Shown piece by piece: positions 51,397 through 60,652 of a stretch of 64,000 nucleotides of DNA. Source of the stretch: Candidatus Eiseniibacteriota bacterium (lineage in GTDB: Bacteria > Eisenbacteria > RBG-16-71-46 > CAZAMP01). Location: assembly GCA_965224245.1 (NCBI GenBank), contig OZ245046.1, forward strand, positions 4,512,001 to 4,576,000, given 5' to 3'. Position 1 is the first letter of the stretch, and the number at the start of each line of letters is the position of its first letter. Under the pieces are notes generated by a model. That model was not told the origin of the DNA. It saw only the letters and a list, made by a program, of their open reading frames with translations, and did not search any database. The position numbers were made by a program, and so were the translations under genes.

Positions 51397-53221
51397 GCTC
51401 GCCGATGGCCCGGACGTCCTGGGCGTGTCGAGACGGACCGCCCCGTGACAGGCCGTCGAAATACTCCGAGATCGCATCGCAGAGACGACTCCGGTACAGG
51501 TTGCGCGCATCCTTGTCGGACGCGTCTTGCAGTCGGCAGTTCCAGATGAAGACGTCGTATGCGCGCAGCTTCTCGCGCGTCTCGCGCGAGATCGACTGGC
51601 GCGCGGCGAGCTCCGCCGTGCGTTCGAGCAGCTCGGGATCGCCACAGGGCGCGTTCTGGTACTCGCAGGCCAGGAGATCCACGGCCGTCGTCGCCGACGC
51701 ACGGTACTCGAACGACCGCCGGTAGTCGTCCAGCGCGTCGGCGATCTGACCTCGCTGCTCGCGGCTTCGTGCGCGCATCCACAGGATGCGCCCGTACGAC
51801 TCCTGCTCGGCGGCGCTCGCCGGCGGATCCACCTCGACGCGGTGCGCGTCGGACGGCGTCGCGCGAACGTGCGCGATCGCCCTCGCGTAGTCGCGCCCGA
51901 AGTCCATCGCTCCTTGCATCGGGGCGCCGCACTCGAAGTCGTCGAACCTCACGTCCGGGTGACCGGCGCGTGCGGCGAACGCGGGGGCCTGCCGCGGCCG
52001 ACAGCCCATGCCGTCACGCGCAAACGGCCTGAGCACGGCGGCGATCTCCTCTCCGACGCGCGCACGGTAGGTCCACGGACCAGGACCTGGTGACCCGACC
52101 GTCTGGTCGTTGACCATCAGGGTGCCCGGAAGCGTGGTGACGAAGAGCAGTGTCGTCGAGGTCGCACCCCCCGGCGAACCGGAGAGCGGATCACGGCCGA
52201 CGATGTCACCCGGATTGTCCGGCAAGACGTCGCGCGCTCCCGGAACCTCGAGGTCGCCCGGATCCCCGGCCCGATCGTCCGTCGCGGTGTCATCGTCGCG
52301 GTCGATCGGGGCGTCCAGGCGAGCCGGCGGCTCGTCACGCGTCGCCGGCGCATCCACGCGTACCGGCGGTTCGTCACTCGCCGTCGGCGTATCCACCCGC
52401 GCCGCGGGCTCGTCGCGGGTCGTCGGTGCGTCGGTGCGAACCGGAGAATCGTCCCGGATCGCCGGCGTGTCCACTCGTACCGGCGGCTCGTCGCGCGTGG
52501 CCGGCGTCTCTCGCCGCCCGGGCGCCTCGGTCATGCCGGCGTCCGCCACGTCGGTGGCCGGTGGCTCGCCGACGCGCCGAAACGTCAGCGCCGGGGCGCT
52601 GCCGGGTGCGACCACGCGCGACTCCGGCTCGAAGGCGGAGTCGGCGAGCCGCACGTCGATACGGATCGGTGCGTCGTCGGGAGCACTGAAGCGGACGGTG
52701 CCATCGCCGCCGGACTCACCGACCCCGCGACCGTCGGCGCGGACGTGCACCCCGGCCAGCGGTATCCCGTCCTCGTCGACGACACGAACGAAGAGCTCCC
52801 GATGGCGCGTCGACTGGAGCACGAAGTCCTCACGCAGGACGAGACGACCCTCCGGGTCGCGCGGCAGGAGGTCGGGCGTGACCAGGCGATACCTCGGACC
52901 GTCGGTGATGGCCGCGTCGTCGCTCGACGCCACGCCCACCGCGATCTCGCGTCCGCGTACGGCCGTGGTCTCGTACGTGCGAACCCCGACGCCGCCGGGC
53001 GTCGAGGCGACGACGCTCCCGTCGATCAGGAGGTCGAAGCCGTCCCGCGGACGGGTCCGGGCCTCGTCGCTGAACACGGTGACCTCGACGACCAGCGGCA
53101 CGTCGACGGTGCGCCTGTCCCACCACGTCCAGGCCGCGAACCCGACGATCACGACGAGAACGAGCAGAAACACGCGACGGTTGCCCGACGTGCCCAGGGC
53201 GTCGAGGAGCTCTCTAGCCAT
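51374..53221 (-). CDS. Membrane-anchored protein: beta-sandwich domains (carboxypeptidase-regulatory/PEGA-like), 13-aa repeat stalk, C-terminal TPR-like region
   Basis: N-terminal TM helix, VRVVDEDGIPLAGVHVRADG, acidic Pro-rich repeats, ARSREQRGQIADALDDYRRS. Confidence 0.72.
   Translation of the reverse strand: MARELLDALGTSGNRRVFLLVLVVIVGFAAWTWWDRRTVDVPLVVEVTVFSDEARTRPRDGFDLLIDGSVVASTPGGVGVRTYETTAVRGREIAVGVASSDDAAITDGPRYRLVTPDLLPRDPEGRLVLREDFVLQSTRHRELFVRVVDEDGIPLAGVHVRADGRGVGESGGDGTVRFSAPDDAPIRIDVRLADSAFEPESRVVAPGSAPALTFRRVGEPPATDVADAGMTEAPGRRETPATRDEPPVRVDTPAIRDDSPVRTDAPTTRDEPAARVDTPTASDEPPVRVDAPATRDEPPARLDAPIDRDDDTATDDRAGDPGDLEVPGARDVLPDNPGDIVGRDPLSGSPGGATSTTLLFVTTLPGTLMVNDQTVGSPGPGPWTYRARVGEEIAAVLRPFARDGMGCRPRQAPAFAARAGHPDVRFDDFECGAPMQGAMDFGRDYARAIAHVRATPSDAHRVEVDPPASAAEQESYGRILWMRARSREQRGQIADALDDYRRSFEYRASATTAVDLLACEYQNAPCGDPELLERTAELAARQSISRETREKLRAYDVFIWNCRLQDASDKDARNLYRSRLCDAISEYFDGLSRGGPSRHAQDVRAIGERVGCGRD
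52307..52501 (-). repeat. Intragenic tandem repeat, 5 x 39 bp (13 aa)
   Basis: ATRDEPPVRVDTP / AIRDDSPVRTDAP / TTRDEPAARVDTP / TASDEPPVRVDAP / ATRDEPPARLDAP. Confidence 0.85.
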
Positions 53222-53672
53222 CTCGTACGGGTCCCTCTCCCTCGATCAGCTCGCGTGGCTCGTCCAGCAACCCCTCGGTGGAGGTCGGACGCGCCAGCGG
53301 AACGAGGATGTCCGGCGATCGTCTCGACCAGGCCTCGAGGCTGTCGGACGGGTACGTGGCCGACTCGAACATCGTGCGCCCGTTCCCGTCCCGAACCTTG
53401 AACACCAGGAAGCGCTGGGTGTCGCTGAGAAGCGCCATCTCGTCGAGCAGCGCGTCGATCTCGAAGTAGAACCGTCCGTCGTCGCCCAGGGTCGCGAACG
53501 CGGTGGGGATCTGGGCGATCGTGACGATGCAGTGGTCGCACTTCTCGACGCGGTCCCGCGTCAGCACGTTCACGGCGACGAACTGACCGCTCGACCCCGC
53601 GCATCCGAGGGCTACGACGACCGTCGCGAGGAGCCCGGCGGTCGCCATCGTGCCCCTGCGTGGGAAGCTCAT
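53214..53672 (-). CDS. Small putative lipoprotein with CxxC motif
   Basis: Lipobox-like ALGC, CDHC. ATGA overlap with the upstream gene and 8-bp overlap with the downstream gene. Confidence 0.7.
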   Translation of the reverse strand: MSFPRRGTMATAGLLATVVVALGCAGSSGQFVAVNVLTRDRVEKCDHCIVTIAQIPTAFATLGDDGRFYFEIDALLDEMALLSDTQRFLVFKVRDGNGRTMFESATYPSDSLEAWSRRSPDILVPLARPTSTEGLLDEPRELIEGEGPVRDG

Positions 53673-56600
53673 TCGAAGCCTCCTTTGCCGTGCGTGCGCA
53701 CGATCTTCGCGCGCGCCCGCGAACCGCCGGCGCGAATGTCGACGAAGTATACGCCCGGCGGAACGCCCCGTCCGTCCTCGCCTCGCCCGTCCCAGACGAC
53801 GGCGTGGCTTCCCGCTCCCTGGCGACCGAGCGACCACGCGTACACGCGACGCCCGCCGACGTCGAGAATGTCGATCATCACGTCCTCTTCGGTCGGCAGC
53901 CCATAGCCGATCCGAACGCCGCCTCGAAACGGATTCGGATGGGGTGCCCGCGCGACCAGGGCGGTCGGAACAGGATCGCTCGGAACGGCCTCGGAGACGA
54001 GATCCCTCGGGCCGGCAACGATCCGTACCCGATGGCGCTCGCCGGCGATCAGGCCGAGCGGAGGCAACGCATCGGAGCGAACGTCGACCCGAGCTCCCGA
54101 CCGGGAATCGACGGCGACCACGGTCATCCCGGTCGGAATCTCCCCGATGATGTCCCACGTCAGTCGTGCGTCCGGAACGGTCCGCTCGGAGTGAATATCG
54201 ACAGCCCACGACGTGATCTCCTCCGGTCGCGGCGGCCGAATGTCACCCTCGAGGGGCGCATCGGTGCCCGCCAGGTCCAGGCGGACGCGGTCCCCCGGCC
54301 TCGGGGGACGTCGACCCAGGTCGAACCGGTCGTCGCCGTCGGCGGCATCGGGATGGACGCCCACGTACGAGACCGCGGTCTGCGTCCGTGGACTCTGGAA
54401 CACCAGTCGAAGCGCCCAGGCTCCCCCGACGCCGGCAAAGCCCGCGGGATGGGCCGGCGACGGATCGGTGTCCGGCGTAACTGATGGATCCAGAACGACG
54501 TTCATGGCCGCGGGCGCCTCCACGAAGTACCCCGCGAAGGGTCGCAGCAGGGCCCCTCCCTCACCCGCATCCAGGTAGTCGCCCCGCGCGGGGGCGTAGG
54601 CGCGCAAGACGGGCGCGCCGTCGGGCCAGGCGGTGGGGATCGCGAACGGAGTCGCGATCTGATTCCACCCGGGCTCGAGCGAGAGCGTGACCGGCTCGAG
54701 ACCGGAGGTGCGCCCCGGTCCGAAGTCGAAGACGTGACCCGGGTGGGTGGCCGATTCGCGCCAGTGGAGCCAGTAGGAAGTCCCGGGCTCGAGGGCGAGT
54801 GCTCTCGACGACGTGGCCTCGACGTAGGCGCCGCTGGTCGGACCGGTGGCGTCCCATCGCAGCACGCGCCACCGGGTGGGATCGGGGCCACCGAGCCCGA
54901 TGGCTTCCATCACGTCCGCCACGTCCGTGACGTCCAGGACGCCGGGCACCGAGATCAGATGCCACGTGTACGGCGCGACGCCTCCGGCCCCGGCGTCGTC
55001 GAGGGCGTACACCGATCCCGGCGTGTCGGTCGACCACGCGTCAACCGCGAGAGCCGGTGCGATCGGATCGGACACCGTCGTGTTCGCGCCGTCGGTCGCC
55101 TCCACGGCCGCGCGGACGCCGGCCGGCCCGAGGGCGTCGGGCGGGATCTGGCCGCGATACGTGGTGCCTCCACGGGCTGTGCCATCCGGAACGAGTGGGA
55201 CGCGGGTCTCGTCGCCGATCCCGCCCGCGACGGGATCCCCGATGCGATAGACGAGCTCGACGATCAGCGCGCTCCGGTCGTCGTCGACCACCGTGGAGAC
55301 GTCGATCGGCCGTGCGGGGTCGAACGGACCGGATCCCGTGCCACCCTGGGTCAGCGTCACCGCGGACACCGTCGGCGCGACCGCGTCGATCGTGATGCGG
55401 AGGGTCCGCGGCACGCCGTCCACCGCGCAGTTCCGGGCGAAGATCTCGAGCGTGTAGGGCGGCTCGCCGCCGAGCCCGAACGCATCCAGGTCGATCGGCG
55501 CCGTCCAGCTCGACGAGCCGGTGATCGGGGCGATCTCGACCGCGCTCTGGCCCGGCACCCGGGCCCAGATCGCATCGGACGCGCTGCGCGTGCCGTGAAG
55601 CTCGAACGTGCGCGCCGGGACGACGACGTCGTCGCCGATGGGACGTCCATCGGTGCCGACGCCGGTGATCTCGACCGGACCGGGAGAGCCGTCACGGATC
55701 ACGAACGGTGGCGACGGCACCGTCGGGCTGGAGAGGCGCTCGTTGCGCGCGAGCGTGGCCACGACCACGAACTGGGTCGTGCCCTCGGGGTCGAGGGCGA
55801 CCAGGGCGTCGCGCTCGTCGGTGGTGAAGTCGTGCGTCGTCTCGTATGCACTTGCGACCTCGGCCAGCGTCAGCGGCCCCACGACCGCAACCCCGAACGT
55901 GGTCTCCAGCGTGGCCAGGGCCAGGGCGGCGCCTGGAGACCCCAGCACCTGGATCCGGAACGGTGCGTCGAGCGACAGGCAGTCACCCCCGACCGACACG
56001 GCGTCGATCACCAGCTCGACCGTGTCGAGCGAGACCGGCGCACCGGTCCCGGGCGACGACGCGTTCACACAGTCCTGGAGGGTGACGCTCGCGACCAGGC
56101 TCTCGGCGCGGCCCGGGTCGTCCTCGGGTACCTCCCACACCAGCTCGAACCGGGTCGGCGTGACCGCGACCATGGGCGCGCCGACGAGACGGTCGGACAG
56201 CGTCAGACGGGCCGACAGGTCGGTCTCCTCGCTCGTGGCGATGATGGTGATTGCGTCACCGACCGAGACGTCCGACGTGCCCGTCGACGTGATCACCGTG
56301 ACGGACGGTGCGTCCGGCGGCGATCCATCCACGTGGACGGTCGCCGACGCGGCGACCGTGTTCACGCCGTCGGAGGCGAGAGCCTCGACATCGTGGTCCC
56401 CGTCCGCGGCGAGCGCCGGAACCACGACCGTGAGCGCGAACGAGCCGTCCGCATCGCGCGCCATCTCGGCGCTCGCCAGGCCGAGCGAGGGTATCGCCAC
56501 CGACACGGTGATCGCCTCGGTGACGTCGTCCGGCGTGACCCTGACGAGCACGCCATCCCCGGGTCGGACCGCGATCGGATCGCAGTCGGAGCCCGCGACC

Positions 56601-58522
56601 CTCGCGCCGGACGCGACCGGCGACAGCGCGACGGTGACGTCCGGCGCGGTCCGATCCACCCGGAGGACGCGGTCCGAAAGCGACGTCGGGTCCACCAGGC
56701 GCCGGCAGTTGCAGCCGGAGCCGATCTCACACTGGCCGGGGACGCTTCCGGAGCTGCAGAGCTGATAGTCGAGCGAGAATCGCCCCTCGGGCAGGGTGCT
56801 CGCCGCGACCGTCTCCTCCCATGCTTCGGCCTCGCCGGCGCCACCGTCGGGAGACGCGGCCGAGAGACCGACCTCGGCGGCGACCTCGCCCTCGGCGTCG
56901 ATCAGGAGCACCCGGGCCCCGACACCCGTCGTGGTGAACGACCCGAGCCGAAACGTCACGGACTCGCCCGCGCCGATCGCGTCGGTCGCCTCATGCGGCG
57001 GCGTATCGAGGATCTGCCGGTCGATGCGCGGGAGCTCGTCGTTCGCGATCAGGACCACGTCGGGACTGTCGAGGGTGGTCGTGTTGCCGAACGCGTCGGT
57101 GATCGACCCCTGGATCAGCCACTCTCCGGAGAACCCGCCGAAGATGGTGAACTCCTTCACGTAGTCCGGCCCCACGGGAGTTCCCGTTCCCAGGGGGATC
57201 GTCACGGACTGGTTCCTCAGCGCGAACTCGGACGTGCCCGGATCGCCGCGCATCAGGATCGCGACCGTGTCGCCGGGAAGGTAGCGATCGTCCTGACCGG
57301 GCGGCGGGTTGTTGTCGCGGCGGACCAGGTCGATCACCGGACCGCCGGTGCGGAAGCGGATCTCGCGATCGAACGTGCGCGCGGCACCCGCAGCGCCGCA
57401 GTCGATGCCGGCCGCGACGTCGAGCACGTACGCGCCGTCGCCCGGATAGCCCGGCGCCTCGCCGGCCACCGGGACCGCGCCCACGTATCGGCCGGGGAAC
57501 ACCTCGATCATCGGAACGTCGATCGGCGAGCCGCCAGCCACCGGGTCGAGCGTGGCGGTGACCTCCAGATCGGCGCCGGCCTCGAGCGAGATCACCAGCG
57601 CCGTGCCTTCACCGAAGCGCCGCGCGACCCCGTCGTCGCGTCCCCCCGACACGACGAGATCGGTGGCGTCGATCGCGTCGACCGGTCGCCGCGTGAACGG
57701 ACCATCCACGCCGACCGCGTCCGCGAGGAGCAGCGTCAGACCGTCGCACGCGCCCGGCGGGACGCGGAGCGTGATCGCTGTCGGCGACCAGTCGAGGAAC
57801 TCGCCGGTCCGCACGTCACCCAGCTCGATCAGATCCGTCGGCGAGGCGACCTCGCCGAAGCCGGTGCCGCGTACGACGACGACGTCGCCCACGCCGGCGG
57901 CCATCGGCTCGACCGCGGCCACCGTCGGGCGCAGAACGAGCGTCGGTGCCTCCGCGCTCACCAGCGTGTGGGTGCGAACGGCAACGGGCAGCGTGGCGGC
58001 ACGCCGCTCCGGAACCACGATCGTGATCGCGCCGGGTGTCCACCGCGCGTCGCTCACGGTGATCGGCGCACCCCCGTCTCCGATGAACACGGCGTCAGAC
58101 CCCGTCGGGTGCCGGCCGAAGAACGCCCCGTCGATCGTGAGCTCGTCCCCGGACTGCGCGGCACTCGTCGACAGAGCGATCACCACCGGACGCAGCGCGA
58201 CGGCGGCCGTCGCCGGAGCGCCCGGCACGACGTCGGCCGTGATCGTGTGGAACCCCGCGCGGAGCGAGAGGGGTACGGCGGCGACGATCTCGTCGTCGGA
58301 CCAGGATTCCACGGCCATCTCGAGCGCGTCGATGCGCACGGCCGACTCTCCCGCGCTCTCGCCGAACCCGCCGCCGGCGATCACGAGGCGGGTGCCGGTC
58401 TGCGTGACGGTGTCGATCGACGGGTCCGCGTGCGCCGCGCCGGAGAGCGCCGTCACGAGGGCGAGGCTCGCGACGAGCCCCGAGAACGCCACGCCGCGGT
58501 GCCGATCTGGGTGTGCGTGCAA
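53669..58522 (-). CDS. Giant secreted protein: about 3 IPT/TIG domains, multiple Ig-like domains, FlgD-Ig/T9SS-like C-terminal domain
   Basis: Signal peptide ending AHA, repeated I.G.GFG...W....I...VP, DRTAP/DGSPP/DAVAP Ig boundaries, L.PGWNQIATPF, PHPNPF..ILDVGGRRV..WDGRGEDG..PPGVYF. TTG start after GAGG. Confidence 0.85.
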   Translation of the reverse strand: MHAHPDRHRGVAFSGLVASLALVTALSGAAHADPSIDTVTQTGTRLVIAGGGFGESAGESAVRIDALEMAVESWSDDEIVAAVPLSLRAGFHTITADVVPGAPATAAVALRPVVIALSTSAAQSGDELTIDGAFFGRHPTGSDAVFIGDGGAPITVSDARWTPGAITIVVPERRAATLPVAVRTHTLVSAEAPTLVLRPTVAAVEPMAAGVGDVVVVRGTGFGEVASPTDLIELGDVRTGEFLDWSPTAITLRVPPGACDGLTLLLADAVGVDGPFTRRPVDAIDATDLVVSGGRDDGVARRFGEGTALVISLEAGADLEVTATLDPVAGGSPIDVPMIEVFPGRYVGAVPVAGEAPGYPGDGAYVLDVAAGIDCGAAGAARTFDREIRFRTGGPVIDLVRRDNNPPPGQDDRYLPGDTVAILMRGDPGTSEFALRNQSVTIPLGTGTPVGPDYVKEFTIFGGFSGEWLIQGSITDAFGNTTTLDSPDVVLIANDELPRIDRQILDTPPHEATDAIGAGESVTFRLGSFTTTGVGARVLLIDAEGEVAAEVGLSAASPDGGAGEAEAWEETVAASTLPEGRFSLDYQLCSSGSVPGQCEIGSGCNCRRLVDPTSLSDRVLRVDRTAPDVTVALSPVASGARVAGSDCDPIAVRPGDGVLVRVTPDDVTEAITVSVAIPSLGLASAEMARDADGSFALTVVVPALAADGDHDVEALASDGVNTVAASATVHVDGSPPDAPSVTVITSTGTSDVSVGDAITIIATSEETDLSARLTLSDRLVGAPMVAVTPTRFELVWEVPEDDPGRAESLVASVTLQDCVNASSPGTGAPVSLDTVELVIDAVSVGGDCLSLDAPFRIQVLGSPGAALALATLETTFGVAVVGPLTLAEVASAYETTHDFTTDERDALVALDPEGTTQFVVVATLARNERLSSPTVPSPPFVIRDGSPGPVEITGVGTDGRPIGDDVVVPARTFELHGTRSASDAIWARVPGQSAVEIAPITGSSSWTAPIDLDAFGLGGEPPYTLEIFARNCAVDGVPRTLRITIDAVAPTVSAVTLTQGGTGSGPFDPARPIDVSTVVDDDRSALIVELVYRIGDPVAGGIGDETRVPLVPDGTARGGTTYRGQIPPDALGPAGVRAAVEATDGANTTVSDPIAPALAVDAWSTDTPGSVYALDDAGAGGVAPYTWHLISVPGVLDVTDVADVMEAIGLGGPDPTRWRVLRWDATGPTSGAYVEATSSRALALEPGTSYWLHWRESATHPGHVFDFGPGRTSGLEPVTLSLEPGWNQIATPFAIPTAWPDGAPVLRAYAPARGDYLDAGEGGALLRPFAGYFVEAPAAMNVVLDPSVTPDTDPSPAHPAGFAGVGGAWALRLVFQSPRTQTAVSYVGVHPDAADGDDRFDLGRRPPRPGDRVRLDLAGTDAPLEGDIRPPRPEEITSWAVDIHSERTVPDARLTWDIIGEIPTGMTVVAVDSRSGARVDVRSDALPPLGLIAGERHRVRIVAGPRDLVSEAVPSDPVPTALVARAPHPNPFRGGVRIGYGLPTEEDVMIDILDVGGRRVYAWSLGRQGAGSHAVVWDGRGEDGRGVPPGVYFVDIRAGGSRARAKIVRTHGKGGFE

Positions 58523-58665
58523 CGGCTTCCTCGGTCGACTCGGGGGAACGAGACACCACGAGACGCGGGGCGCGCGGTCGCGCGGTAGTTCGACTCGACT
58601 CTAAACAGCCCGGGCGCTCGTCTCTAGTGCAAACTCTCGCGCAGGCGGGCGCCGCAGCGCCGGCT

Positions 58666-59985
58666 TCACTCCGCGACGCCTCGTACCATCGCGGGGAAGG
58701 CGCAGATCAGCGCGAGCCCGATCAGCTGGATCAGGATGAACGGCACGGCCCCCCGGTAGATGTCGGTCGTCCGGACCGCCTGGGGTGTGACGCCGCGCAG
58801 GTAGAACAGCGCGAACCCGAACGGCGGCGTCAGGAACGAGGTCTGGAGGTTCATCCCGATCATCACGCCGAACCACACGAGATCGATCCCGAGCACGCGC
58901 GCGGCCGGGACCAGGAGCGGCAGGATGATGAACGCGATCTCGAAGAAGTCGATGAAGAACCCGAGGATGAACACCGCCAGGTTCGCCACGATCAGGAACC
59001 CGATGCGATCGCCCGGCAGGCCCGTCAGGAGGTCCTCGATCCAGACGTCGCCGTACAGCCCGCGAAAGACCAGAGAGAAGAACGTCGAGCCGATCAGGAG
59101 GAACACGACCATCGAGGTCAGCGTCGTCGTCTCGCGCATCGTCGCACGGAGCGCCCGCAGGTCGAGCCGGCGGTTGATGGCCGCGAGCGCGGTGGCGCCG
59201 ACCGCGCCCAGCGCGCCGGCCTCGGTCGGCGTGGCCACGCCGGCGAAGATGCTGCCGAGCACCAGCAGGATCAGGACCAGGGGCGGCACCATGACGAGCA
59301 AGACGCGCGTCGCGAGCGCCCGTCCGCCCAGCGTTCGCTCGGACGCCGGCAGGGCCGGGGCGGCGCTCGGGCGCACCATGGCGGCGATGACCACGTACAG
59401 CGCATAGAGCCCCGCGAGCACCAGACCCGGCACCAGCGAGCCGACGAAGAGGTCCCCGACCGAGATGCCGAGCTGATCGGCCAGCACCACGAGCACCACG
59501 CTCGGGGGGATGATCTGGCCCAGCGTTCCCGAGGCCGTGATCACTCCCGTCGCCAGCTCCTTCGCGTAGCCGAAGCGCAGCATCACGGGCAGCGAGATGA
59601 GCCCCATCGCGACCACGCTGGCACCGACGACGCCGGTCGCCGCGGCCAGAAGGGCGCCCACGAACACGACGGCCAGCGCCAGCCCGCCGCGCACCGGACC
59701 GAACAGCATGCCGATCGTGGTCAGGAGATCCTCGGCCAGCTTCGACTTCTCGAGCATCGTGCCCATGAAGATGAAGAACGGCACCGCCAGGAGCACGTAA
59801 TTCGACATCACGCCGAAGATCCGCTCGGGCATCGCGTACAGGAGCGACCACTGGAAGTAGCCGGTCTCGACGCCGATCACCGCGAAGATCAGCCCCGTGC
59901 CGCCGAGCGCGAACGCGACCGGAAACCCCGTGAAGATCAGGAGCAGCGCCGTCGTGAACATCAGGGGCGCCAGCGTGTGATCCAT
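58666..59985 (-). CDS. dctM: TRAP transporter large permease
   Basis: GFPVAFAL, LLAVPFFIFMG, ASGTLGQIIPPS, ATPTEAG, SFLTPPFGFALFYL. Confidence 0.94.
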   Translation of the reverse strand: MDHTLAPLMFTTALLLIFTGFPVAFALGGTGLIFAVIGVETGYFQWSLLYAMPERIFGVMSNYVLLAVPFFIFMGTMLEKSKLAEDLLTTIGMLFGPVRGGLALAVVFVGALLAAATGVVGASVVAMGLISLPVMLRFGYAKELATGVITASGTLGQIIPPSVVLVVLADQLGISVGDLFVGSLVPGLVLAGLYALYVVIAAMVRPSAAPALPASERTLGGRALATRVLLVMVPPLVLILLVLGSIFAGVATPTEAGALGAVGATALAAINRRLDLRALRATMRETTTLTSMVVFLLIGSTFFSLVFRGLYGDVWIEDLLTGLPGDRIGFLIVANLAVFILGFFIDFFEIAFIILPLLVPAARVLGIDLVWFGVMIGMNLQTSFLTPPFGFALFYLRGVTPQAVRTTDIYRGAVPFILIQLIGLALICAFPAMVRGVAE

Positions 59986-59992
59986 GGGCGGG

Positions 59993-60553
59993 TCAGATCC
60001 CTTCGATCGAGCCGTGATCGTCGGTCGCGGGCACGTCGACGCCGCGCACGCGTGCGAGGTTCTGGATGATCCACGCCACGCCCTGGAGGGTCAAAAGCGC
60101 GAACGCCACCAGGATCACGGTCTTGATCGGATAGCGAGGCAGTCCCCCGGGGTCGGGCGACGTCTCGAAGACGGACCAGGAGCTCCGGACGCTCGGCCAG
60201 GAGAGGATCATGGTCAGGATGCAGAACGGGATCAGGAACAGCGCCGTGCCCACGAGGTTGATCCAGGCCCGGGTCCTCGGCGGGAGCCGTCCGTACAGCA
60301 CGTCGACCCGGACGTGCCCGTCGTGCCTCAGCGTGAAGGCCGCCCCCAGCAGGAACAGGAGGCTGAACATGTACCACTGCGCCTCGATGTAGGCGTTCGA
60401 GCTGAGGTTGTGTCCGAGGTAGCGGCCGAGGTACCGGGCGATCGCGTTGAACGCGCCGATCGCCACCATCGCCATCGAGAGCCAGGCGGCGACGCGGCCG
60501 ACGCGCTCGTGAAACGCGTCGATGGCCGCCGCTAGTCGTAGCCAACGCTGCAC
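59993..60553 (-). CDS. dctQ: TRAP transporter small permease
   Basis: EAQWY, HDGHVRVD, ETSPDPGGLPRYPIK. GTG start after AGGGGG. Confidence 0.92.
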   Translation of the reverse strand: MQRWLRLAAAIDAFHERVGRVAAWLSMAMVAIGAFNAIARYLGRYLGHNLSSNAYIEAQWYMFSLLFLLGAAFTLRHDGHVRVDVLYGRLPPRTRAWINLVGTALFLIPFCILTMILSWPSVRSSWSVFETSPDPGGLPRYPIKTVILVAFALLTLQGVAWIIQNLARVRGVDVPATDDHGSIEGI

Positions 60554-60652
60554 ACTGCCCCCTACACTCGTGCGTCGAACTCGGCGGACTGGCGTTGCGA
60601 TCGGCCGAGTGTACCCAACGGAGCGAGCCGTTCGAAACCGGGAGATCCCATC

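Noticed and set aside
52307-52501. CRISPR-like array
   Set aside because: In-frame degenerate coding repeats with no unique spacers.
54734-58588. Very long antisense ORFs (1284 aa here; also 5241-8480, 8357-11404, 22607-24712, 26669-29266)
   Set aside because: Shadow frames of real genes caused by high GC and stop-codon scarcity; Arg-rich with no recognisable motifs.
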